A stretch of 64,000 nucleotides of DNA. Origin: Peptococcaceae bacterium BRH_c8a. GTDB lineage: Bacteria; Bacillota; Desulfotomaculia; Desulfotomaculales; Desulfallaceae. A program made the position numbers and the translations under genes. Location: assembly GCA_000961575.1 (NCBI GenBank), contig LADP01000036.1:24283-88282 (forward strand). The letters run 5' to 3'. The notes under the pieces were generated by a model that ran no database searches, had not been told where the DNA came from, and saw only the letters and a program-made list of their open reading frames with translations. Below, piece after piece: positions 29,605 through 39,794 of this stretch. How positions within the stretch are numbered: position 1 is the first letter of the stretch; the number at the start of each line of letters is the position of its first letter.

Positions 29605-32583
29605 TTGGTAAAAAAACGAGTCCACGAAGTTGCCAGGGAACTAGACCTGGAAAGCAAGGAATTAATGCGGCAGCTTACTCGCATGGGCGTGGAAACAAAG
29701 TCCCATATGAGTACCCTGGACGATGCTGATATAGTAAAGTTAACAAATCATTACAAGGCTCAAAACGTCAAGCCGGCTACTACTAGTAGGCCGGCTAATA
29801 ATGATCGGCCGGCACCGCAAAAGCCTCGTGATGGTGCTGATGTCGGTCGGCAGGGAGCGCCACGTACCGGTCGTGAAAATCAACGTGGTGGCCAAAACCG
29901 TTATGATCGCGGTCCAGGACTGGTGGATCGGGTTCCATCACGGCCGCCCGACAGAAGATTTACGGAAAAACCTCGTTATAATGCGGGGAAAGGGGTTCCA
30001 CCCAGGAAAAACCCTGCTGATATTCAAGCGAGACCTGATACTCAGCCTCAACCTCAACCGCAATCCCATGAGCAGCCTAAACCGGCATCCCGGGAAAATC
30101 AATCGGTACCGCAAGAAAGGCAACCGGCGATGGTTAGACCTGAAACAAACGCTGGCGAACGGCGTGATAACAGGGATAACCGGCCTAGACCGGCAGAGCA
30201 CACCCAAAATACTAGAACCGGTGCTGCCGATAGCAGGCAACAACGGCCACAATTTGAACAGGGTCATAAAGATGGGCGACCCATGGGCGCACCCGGTTCC
30301 CGTGGTACAGGAACATCGAACCAACAAGGTGGAGCATCCGCTCCTCGTGGCGGGGCACCTGCTCCTCGTGGTGGGGCACCTGCTCCTCGTGGTGGGGCAC
30401 CTGCTCCTCGCGGTGGGGCACCAGGTCCTCGCGGTGGGGCACCAGGTCCTCGTAGTGGGGCACCAGGTCCTCGTAGTGGGGCACCAGGTCCTCGTAGTGG
30501 GGCACCCGGTCCGCGTAGTGGAGCACCCGGTCCTCGCGGTGGAGCACCCGGTCCGCGTAGTGGAGCACCCGGCCCTCGCGGTGGAGATGCAGCCAAGATA
30601 AAACTGGCCGAGAAGGCGAAACCGGACAAAGTTAAGGCTTTAGAAAAAACCAAGGCTCAGGAACGGGTTAAACAGGTTGAAAAGCAAGCATATAAGGGTA
30701 AAGCAGATAAAAAAGGACGTTTTGATAAACGCGACCTGGCGAATGAAAAGTCGCAGGCATTCAAGCGGGGGGGGCATAAGAGAAGACCCCAGCAGGAAAC
30801 GCGACAAGTGCCGGTTAGAGAGAAAAAGCCCATTACTATCGGTGAAACTATCACCGTTAAAAATCTGGCCGAAAGGATGTCCATTAGCGCATCTGAGATA
30901 ATTAAAAAGCTTATGGCATTGGGTGTAATGGCCAGTATCAACCAGGAAATTGATTCTGACACGGCTACCATCCTGGCCAATGAACTGGGTTTTAAAGTGC
31001 ACGTAAAAATGGATATGGAAAAAGAAGCTCAGGTGGTTCAGGAAACTGAGGACGCTCCGGCGGATCTGCGTGCGCGCCCCTGCGTAGTAACCATCATGGG
31101 CCATGTTGACCATGGTAAAACATCACTGCTTGACTCCATCAGAGAGTCAAATGTAACTGCCTCCGAGGCAGGTGGTATTACCCAGCATATTGGCGCCTAT
31201 CAAGTAGAGCATAAAGGTAAAAAAATTACCTTTGTTGATACACCGGGCCACGAGGCATTCACGGCCATGCGGGCTAGGGGGGCCAAGGTAACCGATATTG
31301 CCATCCTGGTGGTGGCAGCGGACGACGGGGTAATGCCACAAACAGTGGAAGCTATAAACCACGTCCGGGCGGCGGGAGTGCCTATCATAATTGCTGTCAA
31401 CAAGATAGATAAACCTGATGCCGAACCTCAGAAAGTAAAACGCGAGCTGACCGAATATAATCTGGTAGCCGAAGAATGGGGCGGAGAAACAATCTTCGTT
31501 GAAGTTTCGGCCAAGGAAAAGACAAATATTAATGAATTACTAGAAATGATTCTCTTGGTATCGGAAATCAACGAATTTAAAGCCAATCCCGACCGGGCGG
31601 CACGGGGTACTGTAATTGAGGCCGAACTGGATAAGGGACGCGGCCCGGTAGCCACTATACTGGTACAAAACGGGACGCTAAAAGTAGGCGACTTTATCAT
31701 CGCCGGAGTCGCGTATGGTAAAGTGCGAGCCATGGTGGATCATGCAGGTCGTCGGGTTAAAAAAGCAGGACCTTCAACACCTGTTGAGGTATTGGGGTTC
31801 TCTGAAGTCCCACCTGCCGGTGAACTGTTCTTTGCTGTAGAAGGCGAAAAACTAGGCAAACAGGTAGTAGACGAACGGCTGGCGAAAAAGCGGGAAGTGG
31901 AAATGAAAACCGCCGCGCCCAAGGTATCCCTGGATGATTTATTCAACCAAATCAAGGAAGGCCAGGTCAAAGAGTTAAACATTATCATCAAGGCCGACGT
32001 GCAGGGTTCGGTTGAGGCTGTCCGGCAGGCTCTAGAAAAAATAAATACTGAAGAGGTACGGGTGAACGTAATTCACGGCGGTGTTGGTGCTGTCACCGAA
32101 TCAGATATTATGCTTGCCTCGGCATCAAATGCCATTGTGATTGGTTTTAACGTGCGGCCCGACGTAAATGCCAGAAAAGCAGTAGAAGCTGAAAAAATCG
32201 ATATCAGACTCTACCGGGTTATTTATGACGCCATTGAGGATATCAAGGCGGCTATGAGCGGCCTGTTGGAACCGGAATACAAAGAAGTAATTCTAGGTCG
32301 CGTAGAAGTGCGTAAGACATTCAAGGTATCCAAAGTGGGTACCATTGCCGGCTGCTATGTCACCGAGGGTAAAATAACCCGAGATGCCGGGGTTCGGGTA
32401 ATCCGAGACGGTATCGTGGTTCATGAGGGAACCCTGGAATCGCTTAAGCGATTTAAGGATGACGTGCGCGAAGTTGTTCATGGCTACGAGTGTGGCATTA
32501 CCGTTGATCGATTTAATGATATCAGGGAAAATGACCAGTTGGAGGCATTTACCACGGAAGCAGTAAAAAGGGAACTGGCTTAA
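29605..32583 (+). CDS. infB: Translation initiation factor IF-2
   Basis: GGAGGTGA-N5-TTG start, N-terminus [18 protein letters not shown], and G domain [26 protein letters not shown]. Confidence 0.95.
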   Translation: MVKKRVHEVARELDLESKELMRQLTRMGVETKSHMSTLDDADIVKLTNHYKAQNVKPATTSRPANNDRPAPQKPRDGADVGRQGAPRTGRENQRGGQNRYDRGPGLVDRVPSRPPDRRFTEKPRYNAGKGVPPRKNPADIQARPDTQPQPQPQSHEQPKPASRENQSVPQERQPAMVRPETNAGERRDNRDNRPRPAEHTQNTRTGAADSRQQRPQFEQGHKDGRPMGAPGSRGTGTSNQQGGASAPRGGAPAPRGGAPAPRGGAPAPRGGAPGPRGGAPGPRSGAPGPRSGAPGPRSGAPGPRSGAPGPRGGAPGPRSGAPGPRGGDAAKIKLAEKAKPDKVKALEKTKAQERVKQVEKQAYKGKADKKGRFDKRDLANEKSQAFKRGGHKRRPQQETRQVPVREKKPITIGETITVKNLAERMSISASEIIKKLMALGVMASINQEIDSDTATILANELGFKVHVKMDMEKEAQVVQETEDAPADLRARPCVVTIMGHVDHGKTSLLDSIRESNVTASEAGGITQHIGAYQVEHKGKKITFVDTPGHEAFTAMRARGAKVTDIAILVVAADDGVMPQTVEAINHVRAAGVPIIIAVNKIDKPDAEPQKVKRELTEYNLVAEEWGGETIFVEVSAKEKTNINELLEMILLVSEINEFKANPDRAARGTVIEAELDKGRGPVATILVQNGTLKVGDFIIAGVAYGKVRAMVDHAGRRVKKAGPSTPVEVLGFSEVPPAGELFFAVEGEKLGKQVVDERLAKKREVEMKTAAPKVSLDDLFNQIKEGQVKELNIIIKADVQGSVEAVRQALEKINTEEVRVNVIHGGVGAVTESDIMLASASNAIVIGFNVRPDVNARKAVEAEKIDIRLYRVIYDAIEDIKAAMSGLLEPEYKEVILGRVEVRKTFKVSKVGTIAGCYVTEGKITRDAGVRVIRDGIVVHEGTLESLKRFKDDVREVVHGYECGITVDRFNDIRENDQLEAFTTEAVKRELA
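30331..30583 (+). repeat. In-frame 21-nt tandem repeat (12 units) inside infB
   Basis: Units GG(A/G)GCACC(T/A/C)G(C/G)TCC(T/G)CG(T/C)(G/A)GT encode 12 consecutive [G/S]GAP[A/G]PR heptapeptides. Confidence 0.95.
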
Positions 32584-32710
32584 CAAAGAAAGTCAAAGGC
32601 CTAGACTTTAGATTGGCTGGTTCAACTGTCTATCCGGGTGACATAATAACCGCAGCCTGGCATTTAAAGCTACGCCAGCTAATGTAAAATTCTTAATGGG
32701 GGGGATTTCC

Positions 32711-33058
32711 ATGTCCCACCGGCCGGAAAAGTTGGCCGAATCAATAAAAAAGGAAGTTTCCGAAATGCTGCGGGCCGAGCTTAAAGATCCGCGTGTCGGG
32801 TTTGCTACCGTGACCGGCGTGGAAGTTTCCGGTGATTTGAAATACGCTAAGATATACGTCAGCGTATTAGGTGCGGAGAAAGAACGTGATTTAACCATGG
32901 CGGCGCTGAAAAAAGCACAGGGGTTTATTCGCACTGAGTTAGGCCGTCGGATTAGAATGCGACAAGTACCGGAGGTATCCTTTAAGTTAGACGAATCATT
33001 GGACCACGGTGCCAGGATAATTGAATTATTAAACGAGGTAAGGGTAAAAGATGACTAG
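32711..33058 (+). CDS. rbfA: Ribosome-binding factor A
   Basis: [15 protein letters not shown]...DPRVGF.TVT.VEVS.DL..AKIYVS signature. GGGGGGA SD lies before the ATG at 32711. Confidence 0.9.
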   Translation: MSHRPEKLAESIKKEVSEMLRAELKDPRVGFATVTGVEVSGDLKYAKIYVSVLGAEKERDLTMAALKKAQGFIRTELGRRIRMRQVPEVSFKLDESLDHGARIIELLNEVRVKDD

Positions 33059-34040
33059 CCGGTCGGATCTTCTGTCAGCTGTGGCAGATATGCTAAGCAC
33101 CGCCGATAGCATCGCCCTTTGCGGACACGTTATGCCGGACGGCGATTCCCTGGGGTCTATGCTGGCTCTGGGTCTGGCCCTGCGCAGCATGGGCAAACAG
33201 GTTCACCTGCTCAGCCCGGATCCGGTACCGGACCAATACCTAGGTCTACTCCCCGGAGCGGATGATATTAAGTCCGAACTACAGGTGCCGGATATACCGG
33301 AAATTTTTGTTTCCGTGGACTGTTCGGTGCCTGACCGGTTGGGACACTTTAAAACACTGTTAAACAGGTTTGGTGGCATTATTATCATTGATCACCATGC
33401 GGGTGGGGTTAATTTCGGGCATCTATACTTGAATGATGCGCAGGCGCCGGCAGCGGGGGAAATAGTATTCGAACTGCTGCAATTACTCCCTGTTGACATT
33501 AATGTTGATATAGCTTTATGTCTTTACGTAGCTATTAATACTGATACCGGGTCTTTCCGTTATGATGGGGTAAGACCTGCTACCCACCGAATTATAGCCC
33601 GGTTGATGGAAACAGGGATACCCGTTTCGCAGATTAATAAGCAGTTATACGAGGAAAAACCAGTGGTCTGCCTAAAGGTGCTGGGCGAAGTATTAAAGAC
33701 GTTAGATGTCAGCCCCTGTGGCAAATTGGCCTCGATGTACATAGAGAGGAACACTTTAAATAGATTAAATGCACGGGATGAACACGTGGACGGCGTAACC
33801 AACTACCCTCGAACCATTAAAGGGGTGGAACTGGCTCTGTTTTTTCGCGAAATGGACGATAAGCGGTTTAAAATCAGTTTTCGTTCCAAGCATTTTGTAG
33901 ATGTCAATAAACTGGCCTCCCAATTTGGTGGGGGCGGTCATCAACGGGCTTCCGGCTGTATTGTGGAAGGCAAACTGGTGGACATTCGGCGGCAAATTGT
34001 TGACGCTGCGCTGATTGCCTTGGAGGAAGAGGGAAAATGA
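33051..34040 (+). CDS. nrnA: DHH/DHHA1 phosphoesterase (NrnA-like oligoribonuclease/pAp phosphatase)
   Basis: H..PDGDS.GS, DHH, and C-terminal GGGGH..A.G motifs. Overlaps the rbfA stop by 8 nt. Confidence 0.8.
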   Translation: MTSRSDLLSAVADMLSTADSIALCGHVMPDGDSLGSMLALGLALRSMGKQVHLLSPDPVPDQYLGLLPGADDIKSELQVPDIPEIFVSVDCSVPDRLGHFKTLLNRFGGIIIIDHHAGGVNFGHLYLNDAQAPAAGEIVFELLQLLPVDINVDIALCLYVAINTDTGSFRYDGVRPATHRIIARLMETGIPVSQINKQLYEEKPVVCLKVLGEVLKTLDVSPCGKLASMYIERNTLNRLNARDEHVDGVTNYPRTIKGVELALFFREMDDKRFKISFRSKHFVDVNKLASQFGGGGHQRASGCIVEGKLVDIRRQIVDAALIALEEEGK

Positions 34041-34957
34041 ACGGGATTATCAGTGTTTTAAAACCGCCGGGTATGACCAGTCACGATGTCGTTTATTATG
34101 TTAGGAAAACTATCGGTCAAAAAAAGGTTGGTCATACCGGAACACTGGATCCCGGAGCTGCCGGTGTACTGCCAGTGTGCTTGGGAAAGGCTACTAGGAT
34201 TATTGAATATTTGCCGGATCAAAAAAAGTACCGGGCTGAAATTATTTTCGGGCGCTCAACAACCACCCAGGATAGTTTTGGTGATATTATTAAAGAATGC
34301 TATGCAGGTGAATTGGAGGCCGGACTGGTTGAACAATGCCTAGCCGGTTTTCGTGGTTCTATCCAGCAGATCCCGCCCATGGTTTCGGCGCTAAAACACC
34401 AGGGTAAGAAACTTTACGAACTGGCTCGGGCCGGAATAGAAGTGGAAAGAAAGCCTCGTACAATTCACATATACGACCTGACACTAGTCAATTTCATTAA
34501 TGATAAGCTTAAGGCTCCCAGGGCAATTATTGACGTTCACTGTTCGGCGGGAACATATATCCGCACGTTGTGCCACGACTTGGGTGAAAGAATTGGTTGT
34601 GGTGCGCACATGTCTTTTTTATTGCGTACCAGGGCCGGGGTCTTTCCGCTGGAGAATACCATCACCCTGGAGGAGTTAAAAGATAAAAGCATAAGCGGGG
34701 AAATCAGCGATGTAATGGTTTCTATGAGTAAAGCGCTGGAGCACTTGCCTAGTGTAAATATTTCGGGTTCGGCTGTTAAGGCCGTATGTTGCGGAAACAA
34801 GGTGCTCTTACCGTATACGCCCATGGAAAACCCTACTTCTGCGCATCAGGTGGTACGTATTGAAGAATCGGCCGGTCTACTGGCCTTGGCTATGGCTAAC
34901 CCGGTGGCGGGAAAACCTGAATACCGGATGTTCCAACCTGTAAAGGTGCTAATTTAG
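34037..34957 (+). CDS. truB: tRNA pseudouridine-55 synthase
   Basis: G...V.KP.GMTSHDVV and the GHTGTLDP catalytic Asp motif. ATGA overlap with nrnA. Confidence 0.95.
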   Translation: MNGIISVLKPPGMTSHDVVYYVRKTIGQKKVGHTGTLDPGAAGVLPVCLGKATRIIEYLPDQKKYRAEIIFGRSTTTQDSFGDIIKECYAGELEAGLVEQCLAGFRGSIQQIPPMVSALKHQGKKLYELARAGIEVERKPRTIHIYDLTLVNFINDKLKAPRAIIDVHCSAGTYIRTLCHDLGERIGCGAHMSFLLRTRAGVFPLENTITLEELKDKSISGEISDVMVSMSKALEHLPSVNISGSAVKAVCCGNKVLLPYTPMENPTSAHQVVRIEESAGLLALAMANPVAGKPEYRMFQPVKVLI

Positions 34958-35089
34958 GACTAGTACCATCCATCTGAGGACACACTTCTTCGAAGGTATG
35001 TTTCCTATCTTATGATATGTATTTTACGGCTATCAGTTTTTTTGGATCAGGATTTTGTGTCGCTGCACTAGAGCGGAGGTTGTTTTAGC

Positions 35090-36028
35090 GTGCATGTTTA
35101 CAATAATTGGCTTGACTTAAAAGAAAAATATAGCAATATGGTTATTGGACTGGGTAACTTTGACGGTGTGCATCTTGGTCACCGGAAACTAATCGGCGAC
35201 CTGGTGAACAGGGCTAAGGAAGTAGGTGGCACCGCCGCAGTATTTACTTTTATGCCCCATCCCATGGCGGTTTTAAACCCGGAAGCGGCACCACCCATGA
35301 TCCTTTCACCCGCTATCAAACAAAAAATGTTCAAGAGTCTTGGAGTGGAAGTATTAATCCTGGTTCCGTTTACCCTTGAATTTGCCCGTATAAGTCCGGA
35401 AGCTTTTGTAAACACCGTGTTGTTTCAGCACCTTGGTGTAAACACGGTCTTTGTGGGCTATAATTATACCTTTGGATATATGGGCCAGGGAACCCCTGAT
35501 TTGTTACAAAGTATGGGACAAAATCTGGGTTTTGGGGTGGAAGTTATTAGTCCCGTTACTATTGAAGAGCGGCCGATTAGCAGCACGTTAATTAGAAACC
35601 TTCTTGCGGACGGTGATATACAAGAAGCCAGAAAATATTTGGGTTATTGCCCCGTGGTGGTGGGAGAGGTAGTCTACGGTGAAAGGCGCGGTAACCAGTT
35701 GGGTTTTCCCACCGCCAATCTGGAAACCAGTCCTGGGATATTGGTTCCTGCCAATGGTGTTTATTCGGTTAAGGTGCAGTTGGACGGGGATATATTCCTC
35801 GGGGTAGCCAATATAGGCGTGAAACCGACCTTCCACGGAAACGCATACGCTCGTACAATTGAGGTGCACCTGCTTGATTTTTCTGGTAATCTATATGGTA
35901 GGCACATGCATGTTTATTTTATCCGCCGGTTGCGGGAAGAGAAAAGATTTCCTTCGGTGGATAAACTGTTAGAACAAATTCGCAGGGACATCCACCAGGC
36001 ACGCAATGATGCATATGCGTCAGTATAG
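35090..36028 (+). CDS. ribF: Bifunctional riboflavin kinase/FAD synthetase
   Basis: GNFDGVHLGH, GYNYTFG, GFPTANL and the C-terminal kinase domain. Confidence 0.9.
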   Translation: MHVYNNWLDLKEKYSNMVIGLGNFDGVHLGHRKLIGDLVNRAKEVGGTAAVFTFMPHPMAVLNPEAAPPMILSPAIKQKMFKSLGVEVLILVPFTLEFARISPEAFVNTVLFQHLGVNTVFVGYNYTFGYMGQGTPDLLQSMGQNLGFGVEVISPVTIEERPISSTLIRNLLADGDIQEARKYLGYCPVVVGEVVYGERRGNQLGFPTANLETSPGILVPANGVYSVKVQLDGDIFLGVANIGVKPTFHGNAYARTIEVHLLDFSGNLYGRHMHVYFIRRLREEKRFPSVDKLLEQIRRDIHQARNDAYASV

Positions 36029-36154
36029 TAACTACAAGATCATGCAATAGTATAAAAAGTTTGCTGAGCTAATATATTTTAAATAAGTGTTTTAAGATAA
36101 ACTCGTGGTGATTCAGAGCATTCATAATGCACATTTAGGGCATTTCCGAGTAAG

Positions 36155-36183
36155 TTTACTTGCCAGGTAGAATATGCTACAAT
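36155..36183 (+). promoter_or_regulatory. Possible promoter for the two small ORFs
   Basis: TTTACT, 17-nt spacer, TACAAT, upstream of ORF 36245. Confidence 0.3.
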
Positions 36184-36244
36184 AAAGAAGCCCTACGCCG
36201 CTGTTCACTTGATCCAGGGCGGGGGGAAGGGAGTCGTTTCATTC

Positions 36245-36472
36245 ATGGGGATCCCCAGGTTTGATTCACCCGACGAGGAAATTAAAAAATGGTTAAATCA
36301 TATCGCCCTCATCTGCCTGAGCGAAGATTTTCAGGAACTAAAGAAGGAACTGGAAAAGATATATATGCAATCACAGATGGAAGATGCGCAGTTAGTGGCC
36401 TTTAAAGATGCCTTATACGCATTTTTAGCTCAGGAAGAGGATGAGATGGCCCGGTTGGCCGGGACGAATTGA
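36245..36472 (+). CDS. Hypothetical small acidic helical protein (candidate antitoxin)
   Basis: 75 aa counted from the ATG at 36245 (the track ORF starts at TTG 36209). It ends 7 nt before the next ORF. I do not recognise the family. Confidence 0.4.
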   Translation: MGIPRFDSPDEEIKKWLNHIALICLSEDFQELKKELEKIYMQSQMEDAQLVAFKDALYAFLAQEEDEMARLAGTN

Positions 36473-36479
36473 ATCGATA

Positions 36480-36707
36480 ATGGAAATGAAAATAATTGTC
36501 ACCGAACACGCGCGCAAAAGGCTGCGCGACTACCGACAAGATAAAATCACCACCGCCGATATTATCACCGCTGCTAGCAGTGTTCCCGGTCGTATACCTA
36601 CCGCCACGCGGTTCAGAGGTTTTTTTGCCAGATCCGGGCGAATGTTTGACATTGTGGCTAAGGATATTTCTTCGGGACGACTGGTAATTACCATCATCGG
36701 CAAATAA
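36480..36707 (+). CDS. Small basic protein, DUF4258-like (candidate toxin)
   Basis: MEMKIIVTEHARKRLRDY...GRLVITIIGK. The T.HA..R...R opening and the hydrophobic V.T C-terminal strand resemble DUF4258-type small toxins. Recognised by eye only. Confidence 0.4.
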   Translation: MEMKIIVTEHARKRLRDYRQDKITTADIITAASSVPGRIPTATRFRGFFARSGRMFDIVAKDISSGRLVITIIGK

Positions 36708-36756
36708 CAACAGCTTTAAATGGATGTTTTAAAAAATGGACATCCTATTTAAATAA

Positions 36757-36786
36757 GTGTTCAAAGATAAGCAGGCTTTTGAACAC
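36757..36786 (+). repeat. GTGTTCAAAG / CTTTTGAACAC hairpin (family 3 copy)
   Basis: 9-10 bp stem with a loop of about 10 nt, upstream of rpsO. The same stem sequence recurs at 49599-49636. Confidence 0.75.
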
Positions 36787-36873
36787 TAAAATAGTGAACT
36801 GTCAGCTAGGGAATGCGCTTATCTCCGGCGGTTAACTTGGCAGGCAGCGATTATAAAATCAGGAGGTGAAAAC

Positions 36874-37143
36874 ATGGCTTTATCCTTGGAAGAAAAACAG
36901 ACCGTAATCGGGACCTATAAGCTGCACGACAGCGATACGGGTTCGCCCGAGGTGCAGGTGGCCATTTTGACCAAAAGAATTAACGATCTTACCGGCCACT
37001 TGAAAATTCATAAGAAAGACCATCACTCGCGCCGCGGATTACTGAAAATGGTTGGACAACGCCGGTCGTTGTTGAATTATCTTAAAGACCGCGATTATAA
37101 CCGCTACCGTACACTGATCGAAAAATTAGGTTTGCGCAAGTAA
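36874..37143 (+). CDS. rpsO: 30S ribosomal protein S15
   Basis: [32 protein letters not shown] signature; AGGAGGTGA SD. Confidence 0.95.
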   Translation: MALSLEEKQTVIGTYKLHDSDTGSPEVQVAILTKRINDLTGHLKIHKKDHHSRRGLLKMVGQRRSLLNYLKDRDYNRYRTLIEKLGLRK

Positions 37144-37146
37144 AGC

Positions 37147-37172
37147 AAAAAGCGGGCATGTCCCGCTTTTTA
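37147..37172 (+). terminator. Rho-independent terminator after rpsO
   Basis: AGCGGG catgt CCCGCT followed by TTTTT. Confidence 0.9.
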
Positions 37173-37400
37173 CATTTTGTGTAAGGTAGTATATTTTGCA
37201 TGTATTTTTTATAAATTAGGCAGGATATACTACTAAATGTGTAGAATAAGCTTTTTTTGTTGTTATTATAAGATTATGGCTAATCACAAAACTTGACTGA
37301 GGTCGAAAGGAGGATACCGGTTCGGTTTCGGACAGTTTTTGAGCGGATTTTTCGAACATCCTCTTAAAATACCGGATTCAGTAACCGGGTACACCCCGTT

Positions 37401-39632
37401 ATGCAGATTTTACAGAAGGAAATTGAAATCGGCGGCAGGCCGATGATACTGGAAACAGGCCGGGTGGCCAAGCAAGCCGGAGGCGCAGTCCTGGTTCGTT
37501 ATGGGGAAACCGTGGTTTTAGTCACAGCCACAATGTCCAAAAATAAGAAGGAACACCTTGATTTCTTCCCACTTACCTGTGACTACGAGGAAAGGCGTTA
37601 TGCAGTGGGCAAAATCCCCGGCGGTTTTATTAAAAGAGAGGGGCGGCCCAGCGAAAAGGCTACTTTAACCGCTCGCATGATGGACAGGCCGATTCGGCCA
37701 CTGTTTCCAAAAGGCATGCGCAATGAAGTTCAAGTCATTGCCATAGTCATGTCTGTTGAACAGGACAACCCGCCGGAAATGGCAGCAATGGTCGGCGCTT
37801 CGGCTGCGCTGCACCTGTCTAATGTGCCGTTTAAAGGACCAATTGGCGGAGTTATTGTCGGCCGGGTGGGGGACAAGTTTGTATTAAACCCCAATGTTGC
37901 AGACACCGAAAAAAGCAGTATGCACCTGGTGGTGGCCGGCACCAAAGACGCCGTTATGATGGTGGAGGCCGGTGCCAAAGAGGTACCTGAAGAAGTGATG
38001 CTGGAAGCGATTATGGCCGGACACGATAAAATCCGGGAGATCGTCGAGGCAATTGAAGACTTCCGTCGGGAAGCTTTGGAAATGGGTCTGGCCAAAGAAA
38101 AATTCACACCCGAACTGGCAGTTGTTAGTGAAGACATTGAAAGTGCTGTCAACGCCCGCGCTATGGAAGATATTAAAGCCGCTGTGCAGCAGTGCATCGG
38201 CCAGCAATTAACCAAGCAAGCACGTGAAGACCTATTGGATCAGGTCAAGGACAAACTTATTGTCGAACTGGCCGAAAGCTATCCGGAGCAGGAAAAAGCC
38301 ATCAGCAGTGTTTTGGAAAGCATCGAAAAGAAACTGATGCGTCGTTTTATTTTGGCTGACCGGGTACGCATTGACGGCAGGGCGCTTAACGAAGTACGGC
38401 CCATTTCGGTTGAAGTGGGGCTGTTGCCACGCACCCACGGCTCCGGACTATTTACCAGGGGGCAAACCCAGGTGCTGTCAGTTGTAACGCTGGGGGCCAT
38501 ATCCGAGGAACAGATCCTGGATGGTTTGGGAACCGAGGACAGCAAGCGGTTCATGCACCATTACAACTTCCCGCCCTTTAGCACCGGTGAGGCCAAACCG
38601 ATGCGTTCAGCCGGAAGAAGGGAAATAGGTCATGGAGCTCTGGCTGAGCGTGCCCTGGAACCCACACTTCCTCCGGAGGAAAGCTTCCCCTACACGATTA
38701 GGATTGTATCAGAGGCCGTTGAAAGTAACGGTTCTACTTCTATGGGCAGTGTGTGTGCCGGCTGTCTCGCTCTAATGCAAGCCGGGGTGCCCATTAAAGC
38801 ACCGGTATCCGGCGTGGCAATGGGGCTAATCAAGGAAGGGGAAGAGTTTGCCGTACTTACCGATATTCAGGGTATGGAAGATTACTTAGGCGACATGGAC
38901 TTCAAAGTGGCCGGTACCAGCCGGGGTGTAACCGCCCTGCAAATGGATATCAAAATAGCCGGTATCAGCAGGGAAGTACTGCAAATTGCTCTGGAACAGG
39001 CCCACGAGGGGCGCATGCACATCATGGGCAAAATGACCGAAGTGATACCCAAGCCTAATGATGATCTATCGCCTTATGCACCCAGGATTATCCAAACTAG
39101 TGTTCACCCGGATAAGATCAGGGATGTGATTGGACCCGGCGGTAAAATCATTAAAAAGATTATCGAAGAAACTGGTGTCGACATCGACATTGAGGACGAC
39201 GGTAAGGTTTATATCGGTGCAGTTAACCCGGATGCCGGCAAGCAGGCTCTGGCCATAATAGAAAGCTTGACAGCGGATGTGAAAGCCGGCGAGGTATATA
39301 ATGGCCGGGTGACCAGGGTTACTGATTTCGGATGCTTTGTTGAGGTTATACCGGGAGTGCTCGGTTTGCCAGGTAAAGAAGGTCTGGTGCATATATCACA
39401 GTTGGCATACGAACGGGTTGAAAAGGTTGAAGATGTAGTTAAAGAGGGAGACATTATCGAAGTCAAGGTAATCGGCTATGATAATCAGGGCAGATTAAAA
39501 CTGTCCAAGAAAGATACCTTGCCGGTTCCGGAAGGTTATGTTCCCAGGCCGGACAGGCCGCCAGCACCCAGAGATAGAGATACTCGTCGCCCCTTCAACA
39601 ACAATCGTCGCCCGCCAAACAATAGAAGTTAA
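37401..39632 (+). CDS. pnp: Polyribonucleotide nucleotidyltransferase (PNPase)
   Basis: Two RNase PH domains, then KH and S1 domains ([37 protein letters not shown]). Confidence 0.95.
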   Translation: MQILQKEIEIGGRPMILETGRVAKQAGGAVLVRYGETVVLVTATMSKNKKEHLDFFPLTCDYEERRYAVGKIPGGFIKREGRPSEKATLTARMMDRPIRPLFPKGMRNEVQVIAIVMSVEQDNPPEMAAMVGASAALHLSNVPFKGPIGGVIVGRVGDKFVLNPNVADTEKSSMHLVVAGTKDAVMMVEAGAKEVPEEVMLEAIMAGHDKIREIVEAIEDFRREALEMGLAKEKFTPELAVVSEDIESAVNARAMEDIKAAVQQCIGQQLTKQAREDLLDQVKDKLIVELAESYPEQEKAISSVLESIEKKLMRRFILADRVRIDGRALNEVRPISVEVGLLPRTHGSGLFTRGQTQVLSVVTLGAISEEQILDGLGTEDSKRFMHHYNFPPFSTGEAKPMRSAGRREIGHGALAERALEPTLPPEESFPYTIRIVSEAVESNGSTSMGSVCAGCLALMQAGVPIKAPVSGVAMGLIKEGEEFAVLTDIQGMEDYLGDMDFKVAGTSRGVTALQMDIKIAGISREVLQIALEQAHEGRMHIMGKMTEVIPKPNDDLSPYAPRIIQTSVHPDKIRDVIGPGGKIIKKIIEETGVDIDIEDDGKVYIGAVNPDAGKQALAIIESLTADVKAGEVYNGRVTRVTDFGCFVEVIPGVLGLPGKEGLVHISQLAYERVEKVEDVVKEGDIIEVKVIGYDNQGRLKLSKKDTLPVPEGYVPRPDRPPAPRDRDTRRPFNNNRRPPNNRS

Positions 39633-39638
39633 GTAAGT

Positions 39639-39665
39639 ACCCCTATAAACGGGGTCTTATTTTTT
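39639..39665 (+). terminator. Rho-independent terminator after pnp
   Basis: ACCCC tataaac GGGGT followed by CTTATTTTTT. Confidence 0.8.
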
Positions 39666-39667
39666 AC

Positions 39668-39762
39668 AGTCACAAGTCACAAGTCACAAGTCGAAGGTCA
39701 AAGGCCGAAAGTCGAAAGGTCATCGTTTAATGTATGACTTTTGATCTTTGACTTTCGACCTT
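39668..39762 (+). repeat. Heptamer-array palindromic element, variant copy E
   Basis: Eight phased 7-mers (AGTCACA x3, AGTCGAA, GGTCAAA, GGCCGAA, AGTCGAA, AGGTCAT), a 10-nt loop, then the inverse array ATGACTT TTGATCT TTGACTT TCGACCT. Confidence 0.9.
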
Positions 39763-39794
39763 AAACTGATTTATTGAAGCGGGGAGGGGTTTGT

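Noticed and set aside
29801-30653. Three long alternative-frame or antisense ORFs (29801-30601 +, 30212-30568 -, 30264-30653 -) with repetitive HLLLVVG and GAPPRGP translations
   Set aside because: They lie entirely inside infB and exist only because the 21-nt tandem repeat stays open in several frames. They have no SD or independent start context.
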